Below are positions 18,342 through 28,100 of a stretch of DNA of 64,000 bases, piece after piece (positions within the stretch are counted from its first letter, which is position 1; each line of letters starts with the position of its first letter). Source of the DNA: a virus; IMG/VR virus record IMGVR_UViG_3300036852_000741, positions 32,001 through 96,000 of that record; one strand, 5' to 3'. The translations under genes and the position numbers were made by a program. The notes under the pieces are model-generated. The model did not search any database. It was not told the origin of the DNA and saw nothing but the letters and a program-made list of their open reading frames with translations.

Positions 18342-18472
18342 GCGCGGTCTACTGGTTCATCCGGTATCTGCTGGCGCTCTGCTTCCGCCGCCCCGACGCC
18401 GTTGCGATCTATCGGTCGATGGCTGCTACTTCGCGGACGATCCAGCAGCCAGCGGAGGGCGAGGGCCCATGA
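18338..18472 (+). CDS. Cassette mini-gene 8
   Basis: Hand translation MSAVYWFIRYLL...AATSRTIQQPAEGEGP. Confidence 0.55.
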   Translation: MSAVYWFIRYLLALCFRRPDAVAIYRSMAATSRTIQQPAEGEGP

Positions 18473-18780
18473 CGGAGCCGCGCAATGAGCCGCCAGCTTC
18501 CGCTCCGCGGGAAACTCAGAAGCTGGCCGATCCGGACGTGGCCTTCATCCTTGAGCGACTCAGGCAATCGGGCAGGGAGAAGGACGAGCCGGTGCTGGCG
18601 CTTGCGGCGGCGCTCGTCGTGGCCGAGGCCGAGGTCGAGCGGCTGCGCGAGGCGCTGCGCCGGATCGCCGAGGAGCCGTGCCCGCATCCCGGACCAACCG
18701 TCCCGATGTGCCCCTACTGCGCTGAGGATGCGCGCGAGGCACTGGCGCTCGGTATGCGGACGACCGGAGGGCCGACGTGA
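18469..18780 (+). CDS. Cassette mini-gene 9 (Ead/Ea22-like coiled coil)
   Basis: AEAEVERLREALRRIA; ends ALGMRTTGGPT. Confidence 0.7.
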   Translation: MTEPRNEPPASAPRETQKLADPDVAFILERLRQSGREKDEPVLALAAALVVAEAEVERLREALRRIAEEPCPHPGPTVPMCPYCAEDAREALALGMRTTGGPT

Positions 18781-20732
18781 CGTTCGTGTTGTGGATCAGC
18801 GAGGACGATGGCATCGACCTTGGGCCAACGCCGGAACTGCTCGCCGCCTTCCGTGAGATGGCGCAGGCGGCCGACGGCGACGAGTACGGGCAACTCTGGT
18901 ACGTCCCGCAGACCGCCGACGAGACGATGCCGGCTGACTACATCGCGGCGGCGTCCGCCCAGGCGGCGGACCTGCTGGTGGCGGCCGGCGACAGGCTGGG
19001 CGGGCACGCGCGCTGGGTCCTGGAGCGCCTGGCGGCGGCGGGTGCCCTGGAGGAGGCGTTCAGCCCGGACCAGCCGCGCTACCCGAAGGGCCACCCGAAG
19101 GCCGGGCAGTGGCGTCCGAAGATCGCCGCCGGCCGGGGCCGGATCGCCCCCGGGCATCTGAAGAACGACCTGTTCTACCTGCGCTACTCGATCAAGGCCG
19201 CCCAGGAGGCGCCGCAGGCGCAGGGCGCGGTGGTGGGCACCCGTCGCCTGGCGGAAATCGGCCACGAGGTCGAGAAGATCGCGCTGCGCTACTCGACGCG
19301 CCGCGACTACGAGAAGCGTCTGGCGGACATCCGCGCGGAGCGCAGGCGCATCTCTGATGCGCACTGGGAGCGTTGGGAGGGGTGGGCCCATACCGCCACC
19401 GGGGAGGAGTGGAAGGCCGCCTCGATGGACGAGGAGCGCTTTCTGTCCGCGCGCGACAAGGAGCGCCTGGCGGAGATAGTGACCGAGGAACTGAAGCTCG
19501 CGCGCGACCGCGATCGCGCCGACAAGGACGCGATCCTGGGGGTGCTCGCCGAGATGCGCAAAATGGGCGGCAAGGTGCGCCAGGGGTCAGTGAACATCGA
19601 CCCGGAGGACCCCGACGGCTACTTCTTCATCGCGCTCAAGAGCGGCGAGCAGCGGGAGGTCACCCACGAGACGACGATTCAGGCGATAGAGGAGTCGCGC
19701 ACCAAGGTGCAGGCCGCCTACCGCAACGTGGCCAAGCTGTTGCCGGCGGACTGGCTGGCGGATACGTCGGCAAAGGGCGAGGTGCACACGCTGTTGTCCA
19801 CCAAGCGGGCGTGGCATCGCCGGGAGACGCCGAGCGTGCTGCGCGACCCGTGGGAGGCGGCCCGCCACAAGTTCACCGAGCTACAGAGCGAGGGCCACAA
19901 GTTCCTGGGCCTGCACAAGCAGTACCCGTTCGCGCTGTTCGCCGACAGGGACACCGGCGAGGTCTTCGCGCTGCGCCAGGACGGCACTGTGGTCACCGAG
20001 GCGTGGGATCGCGTCAGGCTCGTGAGCTTCCCGATGGCCGGCGAGGGCACCCTGGAGGACATCTTGGTGCCGGCGCACAGTCTGCCGGCCGCCCCGCTCA
20101 AGCCGGGCGCGAAGGACTACTACGCCGAGATGCGCGCGGAGGCTCTGCGGCTGATGCGCGAGGAGGGCTACGCCTGGGTGGGGATGCGCGGCAAGTGGGG
20201 AACGCTGCGCTCGCCGCAGGGCGAGGAGGTGAGCCTGGACTGGGCGGGCAAGCCGCTGACCTCGCAGGTGGGCGCGGGCGGCACCAAGGCCGCCCTGCCG
20301 CCGCTGCTGCCCGGTGTGATCCCCGACCCACCGCCACCGAAGGTCGAGGACTCCACCATCCGGGTGGACCCTCGGGACGAGCACAAGGTCCTCCACGAGC
20401 TAGCCCACCGTATGGAGGTCGTGGTGGGCGAGGAGAACCAGGCCGGCTACCGTCCGCTGCACTATGCCGCCCTGCTGTTCTTGCAGCAGCGCACCCAGGG
20501 TGAGAGCCTGGTGAAACTCATCGACCTGTACCCCGGCTACGCCTACGAGGACGACGAGGTGACCCGCCCGGACAAGTTTGTGGACGCCTACGTTGGCAAG
20601 GACTATGGCGGCCGGGCCACCGAGGTCATCACAATGGGCCTCGAAATGCTGTTCTATCCGCGCTACAAGCGTGATCTGGCCGACGACCCGGAGATGAAGC
20701 GATGGGTGCTGGGACTGCTGGCAGCGGCGTGA
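18777..20732 (+). CDS. Putative internal head protein with C-terminal zincin metallopeptidase
   Basis: LEEAFSPDQPRYPKGHPKAGQW tag; VLHELAHRME...YVGKDY...TEVITMGLE. Confidence 0.75.
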   Translation: MTFVLWISEDDGIDLGPTPELLAAFREMAQAADGDEYGQLWYVPQTADETMPADYIAAASAQAADLLVAAGDRLGGHARWVLERLAAAGALEEAFSPDQPRYPKGHPKAGQWRPKIAAGRGRIAPGHLKNDLFYLRYSIKAAQEAPQAQGAVVGTRRLAEIGHEVEKIALRYSTRRDYEKRLADIRAERRRISDAHWERWEGWAHTATGEEWKAASMDEERFLSARDKERLAEIVTEELKLARDRDRADKDAILGVLAEMRKMGGKVRQGSVNIDPEDPDGYFFIALKSGEQREVTHETTIQAIEESRTKVQAAYRNVAKLLPADWLADTSAKGEVHTLLSTKRAWHRRETPSVLRDPWEAARHKFTELQSEGHKFLGLHKQYPFALFADRDTGEVFALRQDGTVVTEAWDRVRLVSFPMAGEGTLEDILVPAHSLPAAPLKPGAKDYYAEMRAEALRLMREEGYAWVGMRGKWGTLRSPQGEEVSLDWAGKPLTSQVGAGGTKAALPPLLPGVIPDPPPPKVEDSTIRVDPRDEHKVLHELAHRMEVVVGEENQAGYRPLHYAALLFLQQRTQGESLVKLIDLYPGYAYEDDEVTRPDKFVDAYVGKDYGGRATEVITMGLEMLFYPRYKRDLADDPEMKRWVLGLLAAA

Positions 20733-21001
20733 CCTTCCACTGGCGGGGAGCCCTGGACGGCCGTCCCGTCGAGGGCGAGGTGGACGAGGGCATGATTCTC
20801 GGGCCGCCGGTGGTCACGATCTGGGTGGAGGCGCTGGTGGACGGCAAGGCGCACGTGGGCGAGGGCCCGTGGTCAGGCCGGGCGACGCTGGACGACGAGG
20901 TGCTGGCTCGGGCGACGATCGCCGCCGTGCTCGACACGGGGAGCGCCAGCTTCGATCCGCCCGCGCCGGTGGACGATGTTCCCGTCGATGCCGTGGCGTG
21001 A
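20729..21001 (+). CDS. Small acidic protein (possible immunity partner)
   Basis: GTGA-coupled directly after the peptidase gene. Confidence 0.65.
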   Translation: MTFHWRGALDGRPVEGEVDEGMILGPPVVTIWVEALVDGKAHVGEGPWSGRATLDDEVLARATIAAVLDTGSASFDPPAPVDDVPVDAVA

Positions 21002-21219
21002 GACGTGGCCGAGCCATGCACGGTGCTCCTAGACGGCTCGCCTATGACATGGGCGGCGGCCCTGAGCCTCGTGCGCGCCGGCCACGCCGCTCGCGACCAT
21101 CCGCCGCTGGAGTTCGACTCGGCCAGCGACCTGCCTTGCCCGCTTGCTCGGACGCTGTTCGTCTGGGGCGAGAAGCGCGCCCCCGGTCGCGTGACTATCA
21201 AGATGGGAGACACCTGGCG

Positions 21220-21426
21220 ATGATCGAACATGGCGGCGGCGGGTGGACGGCGAGGCATCTGCTGGCCGACTACAAGGCGGCGCTTGTGGCCGCGCGCGAG
21301 CGTGCCGACCTCTACGAGCGCACGCTGCGCGGTATCGCCCAGCGCGGCGAGTGGGCGACTGCGCGGGCCGCTCGCCGGGCACTGAAGAAGGCAGAAGCAG
21401 CACTGGAGAAGGCAGAGGCAGCATGA
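21220..21426 (+). CDS. Small coiled-coil protein
   Basis: ATGA coupling, GGAG RBS. Confidence 0.6.
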   Translation: MIEHGGGGWTARHLLADYKAALVAARERADLYERTLRGIAQRGEWATARAARRALKKAEAALEKAEAA

Positions 21427-21602
21427 CGACGATCGCCCCACCGCGTCGGTGTGACCCCGAGGCCGAGCACGGCGAGGGGCACGACCTGTTCGTGGGCGCC
21501 TGCGAGGAGGGTCCGTACGCGCAGACGCTGTGGATGAAGTGCCGCGACTGCGGCTACTGGTGGGAGCGCCGGCTCGACTTTGGCTACGAGGGCGTCACCT
21601 AG
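21423..21602 (+). CDS. Small zinc-ribbon protein
   Basis: GHD...CRDCG; stop is the operator TAG. Confidence 0.65.
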   Translation: MTTIAPPRRCDPEAEHGEGHDLFVGACEEGPYAQTLWMKCRDCGYWWERRLDFGYEGVT

Positions 21603-21663
21603 CTCACGTCGCGTGCTAGGCTCCGCGCGATCGAGACCGTTGGGTCTCGCGCGACCAAGGGAG
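21600..21663 (+). promoter_or_regulatory. Operator/promoter module
   Basis: TAGCTCACGTCGCGTGCTA, -10 TAGGCT, hairpin CGAGACC-GTTG-GGTCTCG, CGACCAAGGGAG. Confidence 0.8.
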
Positions 21664-21667
21664 CGCC

Positions 21668-21835
21668 ATGACGGAGAAGCCGGAGAGGCCGAAGTCCACA
21701 CCGGGCAGGCCGATCATCAAGGACGGGCCGCGCCACGGGCAGCCACGCACCCGCGTGCAGGGCGGCGGGTACGGCAAGCCGCCGCACCTGCGCCGCACGC
21801 GGAGCGACAAGGGCGTCCCGCGCAAGCCGAAGTGA
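21668..21835 (+). CDS. 55-aa basic peptide with RRTRSDKG motif (possible nucleic-acid binding)
   Basis: Hand translation; RBS from the module. Confidence 0.6.
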   Translation: MTEKPERPKSTPGRPIIKDGPRHGQPRTRVQGGGYGKPPHLRRTRSDKGVPRKPK

Positions 21836-21842
21836 CGGCCGA

Positions 21843-22364
21843 GTGAGGCGCAACGCCAGGCAGAAGGCGCGTCTCAGGGCACTGCGCGAGGTGTACGAGC
21901 GGCTGCCCAGGCTGGACTGCAAGGGCTTGTGCGGGCACTCCTGCGGGCCGATCGGGATGTCGCCAGCCGAGTACGAGCGCTTCTGCGACCGGTTGGGTCG
22001 CGAGCCCAGGGAGCGGGTGACCTACAAGAACGATGGCGCGACGATGCTCACGGCGACCTGGTGCCCGGCCTTGACGGCGGTGGGCCGCTGCCGCATCTAC
22101 TCCGACCGGCCGATGGTTTGTCGCCTCTGGGGCGTGGTCGAGTCGATGCCCTGCCCGTACGGCTGCCTGCCCGAGGGCGGCTTGCTCAGCGACGTGGATG
22201 GGATGGCGCTGCTGGGCGACGCGATGGTGGCGGGCGGGGCGGTCTTGGTGGACGGCGAGACCTTCCGGCAGCGGGTCGCCGAGGACCCGTCGCTGCTGGA
22301 GTTGGGGCGGCGCTGGACTCGGGATGGCATGGCGGCCGAGGAGCGCCGCGCCGGCTTACGCTAG
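21843..22364 (+). CDS. YkgJ-family (CxxCxxCC) cysteine-cluster protein
   Basis: CKGLCGHSCG...CPAL...CRIYSDRPMVCRLWG. Confidence 0.85.
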   Translation: MRRNARQKARLRALREVYERLPRLDCKGLCGHSCGPIGMSPAEYERFCDRLGREPRERVTYKNDGATMLTATWCPALTAVGRCRIYSDRPMVCRLWGVVESMPCPYGCLPEGGLLSDVDGMALLGDAMVAGGAVLVDGETFRQRVAEDPSLLELGRRWTRDGMAAEERRAGLR

Positions 22365-22420
22365 CTCATGATGTGTGCTACCATTCGGGTGCCCTCATGG
22401 GGGCGCACCCGACCGAGGAG
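22362..22420 (+). promoter_or_regulatory. Operator/promoter module
   Basis: TAGCTCATGATGTGTGCTA, -10 TACCAT, GGGTGC/GCACCC stem, CCCGACCGAGGAG. Confidence 0.85.
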
Positions 22421-22425
22421 CGCGG

Positions 22426-22722
22426 ATGACCGACCTGACGACGATGCCGGATCGCCACATCGTGGACGCGATGATCTACGCGGAGCGCCGGCTGGCCGAG
22501 CATCTGGAGATGGACTGCATGGGCGGCGGCGAGTACGACTGCCCACGGTGCTCAGCCGACCGGGACTTCATGCGGGCCGCCAACGCCGAGATGAAGCGCC
22601 GGGAGGAGGCGGGCATCCTCATCGAGGACCCAGACGAGCCGTCGTTCGAGGAGCGCCATGCGCCGTGGGGCCCGGAGTGGCAGCTTGAGCAGCGCGAGCG
22701 GGAGGGGTGGCACAGCCTATGA
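22426..22722 (+). CDS. Hypothetical protein (SFEERHAPWGPEWQ)
   Basis: Start after module RBS. Confidence 0.7.
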   Translation: MTDLTTMPDRHIVDAMIYAERRLAEHLEMDCMGGGEYDCPRCSADRDFMRAANAEMKRREEAGILIEDPDEPSFEERHAPWGPEWQLEQREREGWHSL

Positions 22723-22925
22723 GCTTCAAGCCCGAGGTGATCGCCGACGCCAGCGGCAAGTGGGCCGGCAACGCGCTGCGCTTCGCCACCCGCGGGGAGG
22801 CGGAGGCATACGTGGCCGACCTGGCGAGGCGCTGGACGCTTGTGCGCGAGACGCGGGTGGTGGAGTCCGAGGACGCGGTGAACTACCGGATCGTGGCTGG
22901 CATGATGGAGCGGGTCGAGCTATGA
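22719..22925 (+). CDS. Conserved small phage protein (WAGNALRFAT family)
   Basis: SFKPEV...NALRFAT...VNYR. Confidence 0.8.
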   Translation: MSFKPEVIADASGKWAGNALRFATRGEAEAYVADLARRWTLVRETRVVESEDAVNYRIVAGMMERVEL

Positions 22926-23254
22926 GCCGGATCAGGGTCAAGCTCGACGGTGGGCGGGAGGTTGTGATGGGCTGGGATCAGCCGATGCGCACCTACTACG
23001 CGCAGTTGTGGGACTCCGCGTTTGACCCGGACTTCGATCTTGGCGCGCCCGCCAAGGCGGCTGGCTACCACGAGGCGGAGAAGATCGCGCCACTGGCGGG
23101 CGAGTACGGGCCTTACCCGATCACGACGATCGCGGCTCTTGAGGAGCAACTCGCATCGTGGGGCGTGGCCCAGGCGCTGACGAGCCGTCGGGCCGACGAA
23201 CTGGTGAGAGGCAGAGAACTGGCACAAAAGGAGTCTGAGCGATGGGTGCGCTGA
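22922..23254 (+). CDS. Hypothetical protein (GWDQPMRTYYAQ)
   Basis: Conserved GWD-x-P...T-[YF]-[YF]-AQ motif. Confidence 0.7.
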   Translation: MSRIRVKLDGGREVVMGWDQPMRTYYAQLWDSAFDPDFDLGAPAKAAGYHEAEKIAPLAGEYGPYPITTIAALEEQLASWGVAQALTSRRADELVRGRELAQKESERWVR

Positions 23255-25437
23255 ACGCGATGGGCTGGGTGCTGTGCGTGAGCGCGGCCGAAGGTCCCGA
23301 CGAGGTGTGGGACCTGCTCAACGAGTTCGGTGAACGGACGGGTACCGACGGCCCGACGGTGCACGCGATGGCGCGCGACAGCGGCCAGCCGCGCTACTGC
23401 GTGCACCCCGACTCGACGCCCGAGGTGGAGTTCCGCCATGACGACCTGCGCGAGGCGCTGCTGCTGGGCGCCGTGTGGAAGGCCGAGCGGATGGATGCGG
23501 CCGAGATGTGGCGGCGAGATGGGTGACCTTGCGGTGGGTCGGCGGGTAGGCACGGTGCACGGGCCGGGCACGGTGGAGGGGGTCGAGCCCGACGCGGTGC
23601 TCGTGGCGCTCGATGATGGCGTGCCGGCGTGGTTTGTGCCTAACCTGGTGCACCCGATCGAGGAGACGGTGTGGCATCGGCGTGACGACGATCAGCCGGT
23701 GTACCGGCCGTGAGTGGGGAGGCGGCCCACCTAGTGGGGATGGGCCTGGGGCTCGGCTTTGCGGTGGCGTACGCAGCGTGGAGACTGCCGAGACGGAGAC
23801 GTATGGCCCCTGGCGCCAGCCGGGAAGGCTGGAGGCCGGCATTTCGTTCGTGGCAGCGGATCGCCTTCTCGATCCTCTACGCGTGGGCGATCTACGGCAT
23901 GTGGGTGACGGACGCCCAGTTCGCTCGCGTCACCGCGACGGGATTTTTTGTTGCCCTGGGGCTGCTTACTTGGCGCTTGCGGGTGCGCTCGTGACGCGGG
24001 AAAAGCAGGGGACAGTCTCGTGGCTCTGCCCAGCCTGCGGGGCCATGATGTACGAGGCTCGGCTCCTGAAGGGCTACCCGAAGACCGGGCCGGAGAGCGA
24101 GCGCCTGACGTGCGCGCTACATGGGCCTCGCGGCCGGTTCCACCACATTGCCACCGACCGGCGGGCTGCCGTATCGCGGACAAGGGGGGCGCTGGATGGC
24201 CCGTCGTGACGATCGTCCCCGCGTCCGCTTTCGCGGGGGCGGACTCGACGGCGCGATCGCTCCTGCTGGCGAGGTCGAGCCCAAGGTGGACTACCGGGCG
24301 TGGCGCCTGGCGCCATGCGCGAGCACGACCGGGCCCCAATACGACCTGTACCGCTGGGAGCCAGGCGGCGGCACGATGGCCTACGTGGGTACCGTGTTCG
24401 ACCTGGATGGGCCGGCGCTGGCGCGCGTGCCCGAGCGCCCGCTGCCGAAGATCGACCCGCCGAAGCGGTGGAATTGGAGGTAACACATGGGCGTCCGCAT
24501 CCTGCATGACCCCAGCGAAGGCAAGGCCGCGCTCTACGACTCCGTGAGCGGGCACGCCTTCGGGCCGGTGATAGGTGACCTGGAGCTATTCGCGAGCGCC
24601 CAGGACGCCGCCCTGGCGTTCCTGGACCATCTCAACGTGGACGCTCGCACCCTTGCACCTTCCATCCTGGAGGTGCGCCTGGAGGCGTTCCGTCAAGCGC
24701 TGGAGAAGGCCACCGAGTGAGTCGTCCCCAGCCTGGGTTACGCTCCCGGTGTGAGCGAGGTGGAGTGCTGCGCGGCGTGCGGGTATGAGCACGCGGACCC
24801 CAAGACAGCGGTCCGCGTTGGGATCGCCTTCATCGCGGCCGAGTGCGCCTGGACGCTGCGCTACCCCGGCCATTCGGCCAACGAGGTCATCGACATGCTG
24901 GAGGCGCGGATCGCCGGCTACGCGGAGGGCGGTGTCACCTCGAAGGCCGTGGAGTCGTGGACGGCGCCACCGGGGCCCGAGCCGAGTCCGGCCCGCAACG
25001 GTGATCCCGACCCGGCGCTGACGGGCCTAACAGAGAAGCTGTGTCCGGTGTGCGAGGGCGACGGGGAGCTTGTGGACCCAGCGGTCCCCGACACGGTGGT
25101 GGTGTGTGCACGCTGCGATGGGAGCGGTCGCGTCAAGGTGATGGCGTGACGGATGGGGATTCAGGGGCGGATCGCGGTGTTCAGGAGGCTGCCGGTGGGG
25201 ACACTGCTGACGCTGGTGCTGGGGCCCGCCGAGCCGCTGCCCGATTCGCTGGGGGAACTGGAGGGCACGACGCGGGTGCGGGTGCGCGGGAGCTACATGG
25301 GGCTTAGCGACGCTGGGCTGGCGTGTCCGAAGGTGCATCTGCGCTATTTCTCTCGCGCGGGCTATGAGCAGGAGGCGGTATTCCTGCTGGCCGATGTCGT
25401 GAGAGTGGAGAACGTGTGCCTGCCGGAGGCGGCGTGA
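23242..25437 (+). other. Run of about 8 short, closely packed hypothetical ORFs (starts 23242, 23519, 23710, 23991, 24196, 24487, 24751, 25153)
   Basis: Overlapping or abutting start/stop codons on + strand; includes a TM protein (23710-23994) and a DnaJ-type CxxCxGxG zinc finger (24751-25149). Confidence 0.6.
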
Positions 25438-25507
25438 GAACGCAGCGGCGATACGTGGGTTACGATGTGAGCTTCGTTTGTTCTCGACCACCGATAGGGG
25501 TGCGCTC

Positions 25508-26035
25508 ATGAAGGAAGCTCTCAAGGCCATAGAGGCCGCGTTGACGGATGCTCGCGAGGCCCGTGACAGGGCCCAGGTCCGACTGGCTGACGCGCAGGCG
25601 GCGGTGGACCGGCTGGAGGCCGCCAAGGCGGTGCTGCGAGGCGAGCCGGTCGCCGGGGCCGAGCGCGGAAAGACCGAGCGCGACCAGGTGGCGCAGGGAA
25701 GGTCCAAGCGTCTGTCGGCGCACGCTCGGCCGCGGGGCGGCTCGCCGCGGGCGCGCAAGAACGGAGGGCCGACGACATCGCAGGCTGCCGCCACGCTTAT
25801 GGAGGAGGCGATGCGCAAGGTGGGCAACGGCGGCATGACCGAGCACCAGTTGGCCGAGGCCATCGGCCTGGTGGGCCGCGGGGCGCACATGAAGCGCCAG
25901 GCGGCGTTGCGCTCGCTGGTGGCTGCCAACGTCTTCGTCGTGGCCAACGAGTCTTCCTCGGACGGCTCGCCGCTGTACACGCTGAGTGCCAGGGCCGCCG
26001 GGGCGGTGGCCGGGGGGCCGGCGGAGGTGGTTTGA
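25508..26035 (+). CDS. Coiled-coil plus winged-HTH protein, paralogue-like to 7720..8238
   Basis: AVDRLEAAKAVLRGE vs EIRALDRAVRILRGE; TEHQLAEAIGL...ALRSLVAAN...LYTL; degenerate operator TGGGTTACGATGTGAGCTT at 25456-25474. Confidence 0.7.
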   Translation: MKEALKAIEAALTDAREARDRAQVRLADAQAAVDRLEAAKAVLRGEPVAGAERGKTERDQVAQGRSKRLSAHARPRGGSPRARKNGGPTTSQAAATLMEEAMRKVGNGGMTEHQLAEAIGLVGRGAHMKRQAALRSLVAANVFVVANESSSDGSPLYTLSARAAGAVAGGPAEVV

Positions 26036-27491
26036 CGTACGCCTACCTCTTTACCTTGGAGGCGGTCGGCCGCTGTGTGAACGAGCGCGATGCGGAGTAT
26101 TGGCTGCGCGTCGCTGCGCACGCGCTTGAGCAGGCGGGGTTTGTGATGGACGACGCGCAGGCCATAGGGATCGACGGGGGGCGGGGGGCGGCGCTGGACT
26201 TCCCCGACCCGGTGGCCCGGGTGCTGGTGGATGCCAACCGTGCCGATCCTGACACGCGCCGGTTCTCGGACGTACCGGGTCGACTGCGGTGACCGAGCGG
26301 CAGGCGGCGGCCTTCGCCGATCCGCTGGCACGAGCCACGGGCGAGCTTGAGCGCTTCCGGCGCTACCGCGGCGTGTGCGGCGGCGTGCTCACCACGATCC
26401 TCACGGTGAACCGCTGAATGGATGCGTTTGACGGCGTGCCCGTGTGGCACGTCTCGCTGAGCTTCCAGAGGGCGCAGGCGGTCGTAGCGGTGAACGCCTG
26501 GCCGCGCGAGGTACGCGCCGAGGTCGAGCGCGAGGCGCGCAGGCTGTTGCGTGGCGTGGGTGCGGGGCCGCGCCGGTGGGAGCACGGCGAGGCGGCACAC
26601 GTCCTACACGTACGCCAACGGCTCAGCGACGCGGAGGTTGCGGCTTTGCCGCGGGGACCTGAGCCGGTGGACATGGCGGGCGGCGGCCCGCTCTACCGTC
26701 CGCTTACGGTGCGACCATGACCGCCGTGGACGACGACGCCCTCGTGGCCCGGTTCCCGGCGATTGCATGGAGAGCGCCGATCCTCATAACGGTCGCGGGC
26801 GGTGCGACGGGGCTCGGCTGTCGGCTTTGCATCGCTCGCAAGGGCCTCCATGCCAGCCAGGTCAAGGCGCTGGCGCGCACCCAGGCTGAGTTCGAGCGCC
26901 ACATGGAGCGGGAGCACCCGCAGTGACCGAGGTGCAGCGCATCCGTGCGGCGTTGCCCAGTCTGGAGCGCCAATTCACCGGGCACGATGTGGACTTCGTG
27001 ATCCCGCTGGGCGACAACTGGCTGGCCGCGTGGAACTGGGCGCTTAGGCTTGAACGCGAGCAGGGCGTCGACCACCAGGCGGCGCTGCGCGTGGTGCACG
27101 CCAAGCACTTTGTGGACCGGCAGGGCCGGCCGTGAATCGCGCCGAGACCGAGCCGAACCCCTATTTCGGCGACCTGGAGGGCGTGCCGGCGACCGAGGGT
27201 GCGCGCAGGGTCACGACGCCGACGGGGGCGCGCTGCCTGTACTGCCGTGAGGCGGTGCGGGCGGGCGACAGCGGCTACCTGATGGCGTCCTACGAGCCGG
27301 AGGGCGCCCGGGTGGTGGCCGTCCACGCGGAATGCCAGCTACGTCAGGTCGTTGGTGGGGTGGAGTGCCTCAAGCGTCAGCACGCGGGCACGCACGTCGT
27401 GGGCGACCACGACCCCGACCCACCGGGGCTGAGCCGGCGCGAAGCGGCGCAGGCGACGTGGGCGTGGATTCATGAGCATGGGCTTCCGTAG
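26032..27491 (+). other. Run of short hypothetical ORFs (starts 26032, 26418, 26717, 26923, 27132)
   Basis: Coupled ORFs, several with Cys/His zinc ligands. Confidence 0.6.
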
Positions 27492-27494
27492 TGG

Positions 27495-28100
27495 ATGAGC
27501 GTGGAGGTTTTCCTGTGGACGGACGGGAGCGGCACCACGAGTGGGCCGATCGGCTGGGCGTACGTCCTGAGAGCGGTGGACCCGGAGACGGGAGCGGTGC
27601 TCAAGGAGCGCGAGGGGATGGGGGCGTTCCCGGAGGGGACGAGTCAGCGCGCTGAGCTTATGGCGGTGATCGAGGGGCTGCTGGTTCTCTCGCGCCGCGC
27701 CCGGGTGACCGTGGTGACCGATAGCAAGTACGTGAGGATGGGTGCCACCGAGTGGGTGGCCGGCTGGGAGAAGCACCGGTGGCGAACCGTCGGGCCGTCG
27801 GAGCGCGACGACCCCGACCTGGCGTGGCAGTGCCCGCTGTGCGCCTGCCCGACCAAGGCCGAGGCGGACGTGTGCGCCCGCCACGACCCGCCGGCTGCTA
27901 TGTGCGCGTCCTATGATTCGCGCGCGGTGCGCAACCGGGACCTCTGGCAGATGCTGCTGGGAGCGATGAAGCTCCACGACGTGTCGTTTCGCCAGGTGCC
28001 TGGCCACGACAAGCAGGGGCGCTACCCGCTCAACGAGCGTGCCGACGAACTGGCGGGGCAGGCGCGGCGGGCGCTGATCGAGGCGTGTACGACCGTCTGA
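27495..28100 (+). CDS. rnhA: Ribonuclease HI with Cys-rich insertion
   Basis: WTDGS, QRAELMAV, VTDSKYV, VRNRDLW, VPGH, NERADELA catalytic motifs. Confidence 0.92.
   Translation: MSVEVFLWTDGSGTTSGPIGWAYVLRAVDPETGAVLKEREGMGAFPEGTSQRAELMAVIEGLLVLSRRARVTVVTDSKYVRMGATEWVAGWEKHRWRTVGPSERDDPDLAWQCPLCACPTKAEADVCARHDPPAAMCASYDSRAVRNRDLWQMLLGAMKLHDVSFRQVPGHDKQGRYPLNERADELAGQARRALIEACTTV

Larger units (their letters stand above)
17004..18762 (+). repeat. Nine copies of a junction motif, approximate consensus GGCTGC-N6-GCGGACG, at mini-gene boundaries
   Basis: 19-mers start at 17004, 17240, 17455, 17660, 17887, 18150, 18311, 18421, 18744; GCGGACG invariant; each lies 8-29 nt before the next start codon. 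Confidence 0.85.

Noticed and set aside
17004-18762. Junction repeat as classical integron attC sites or merely a C-terminal peptide tag
   Set aside because: No RYYYAAC/GTTRRRY boxes or long hairpins. Invariant codons and a copy outside any upstream ORF (17240) argue against a purely protein-level tag, though a tag role is not fully excluded.
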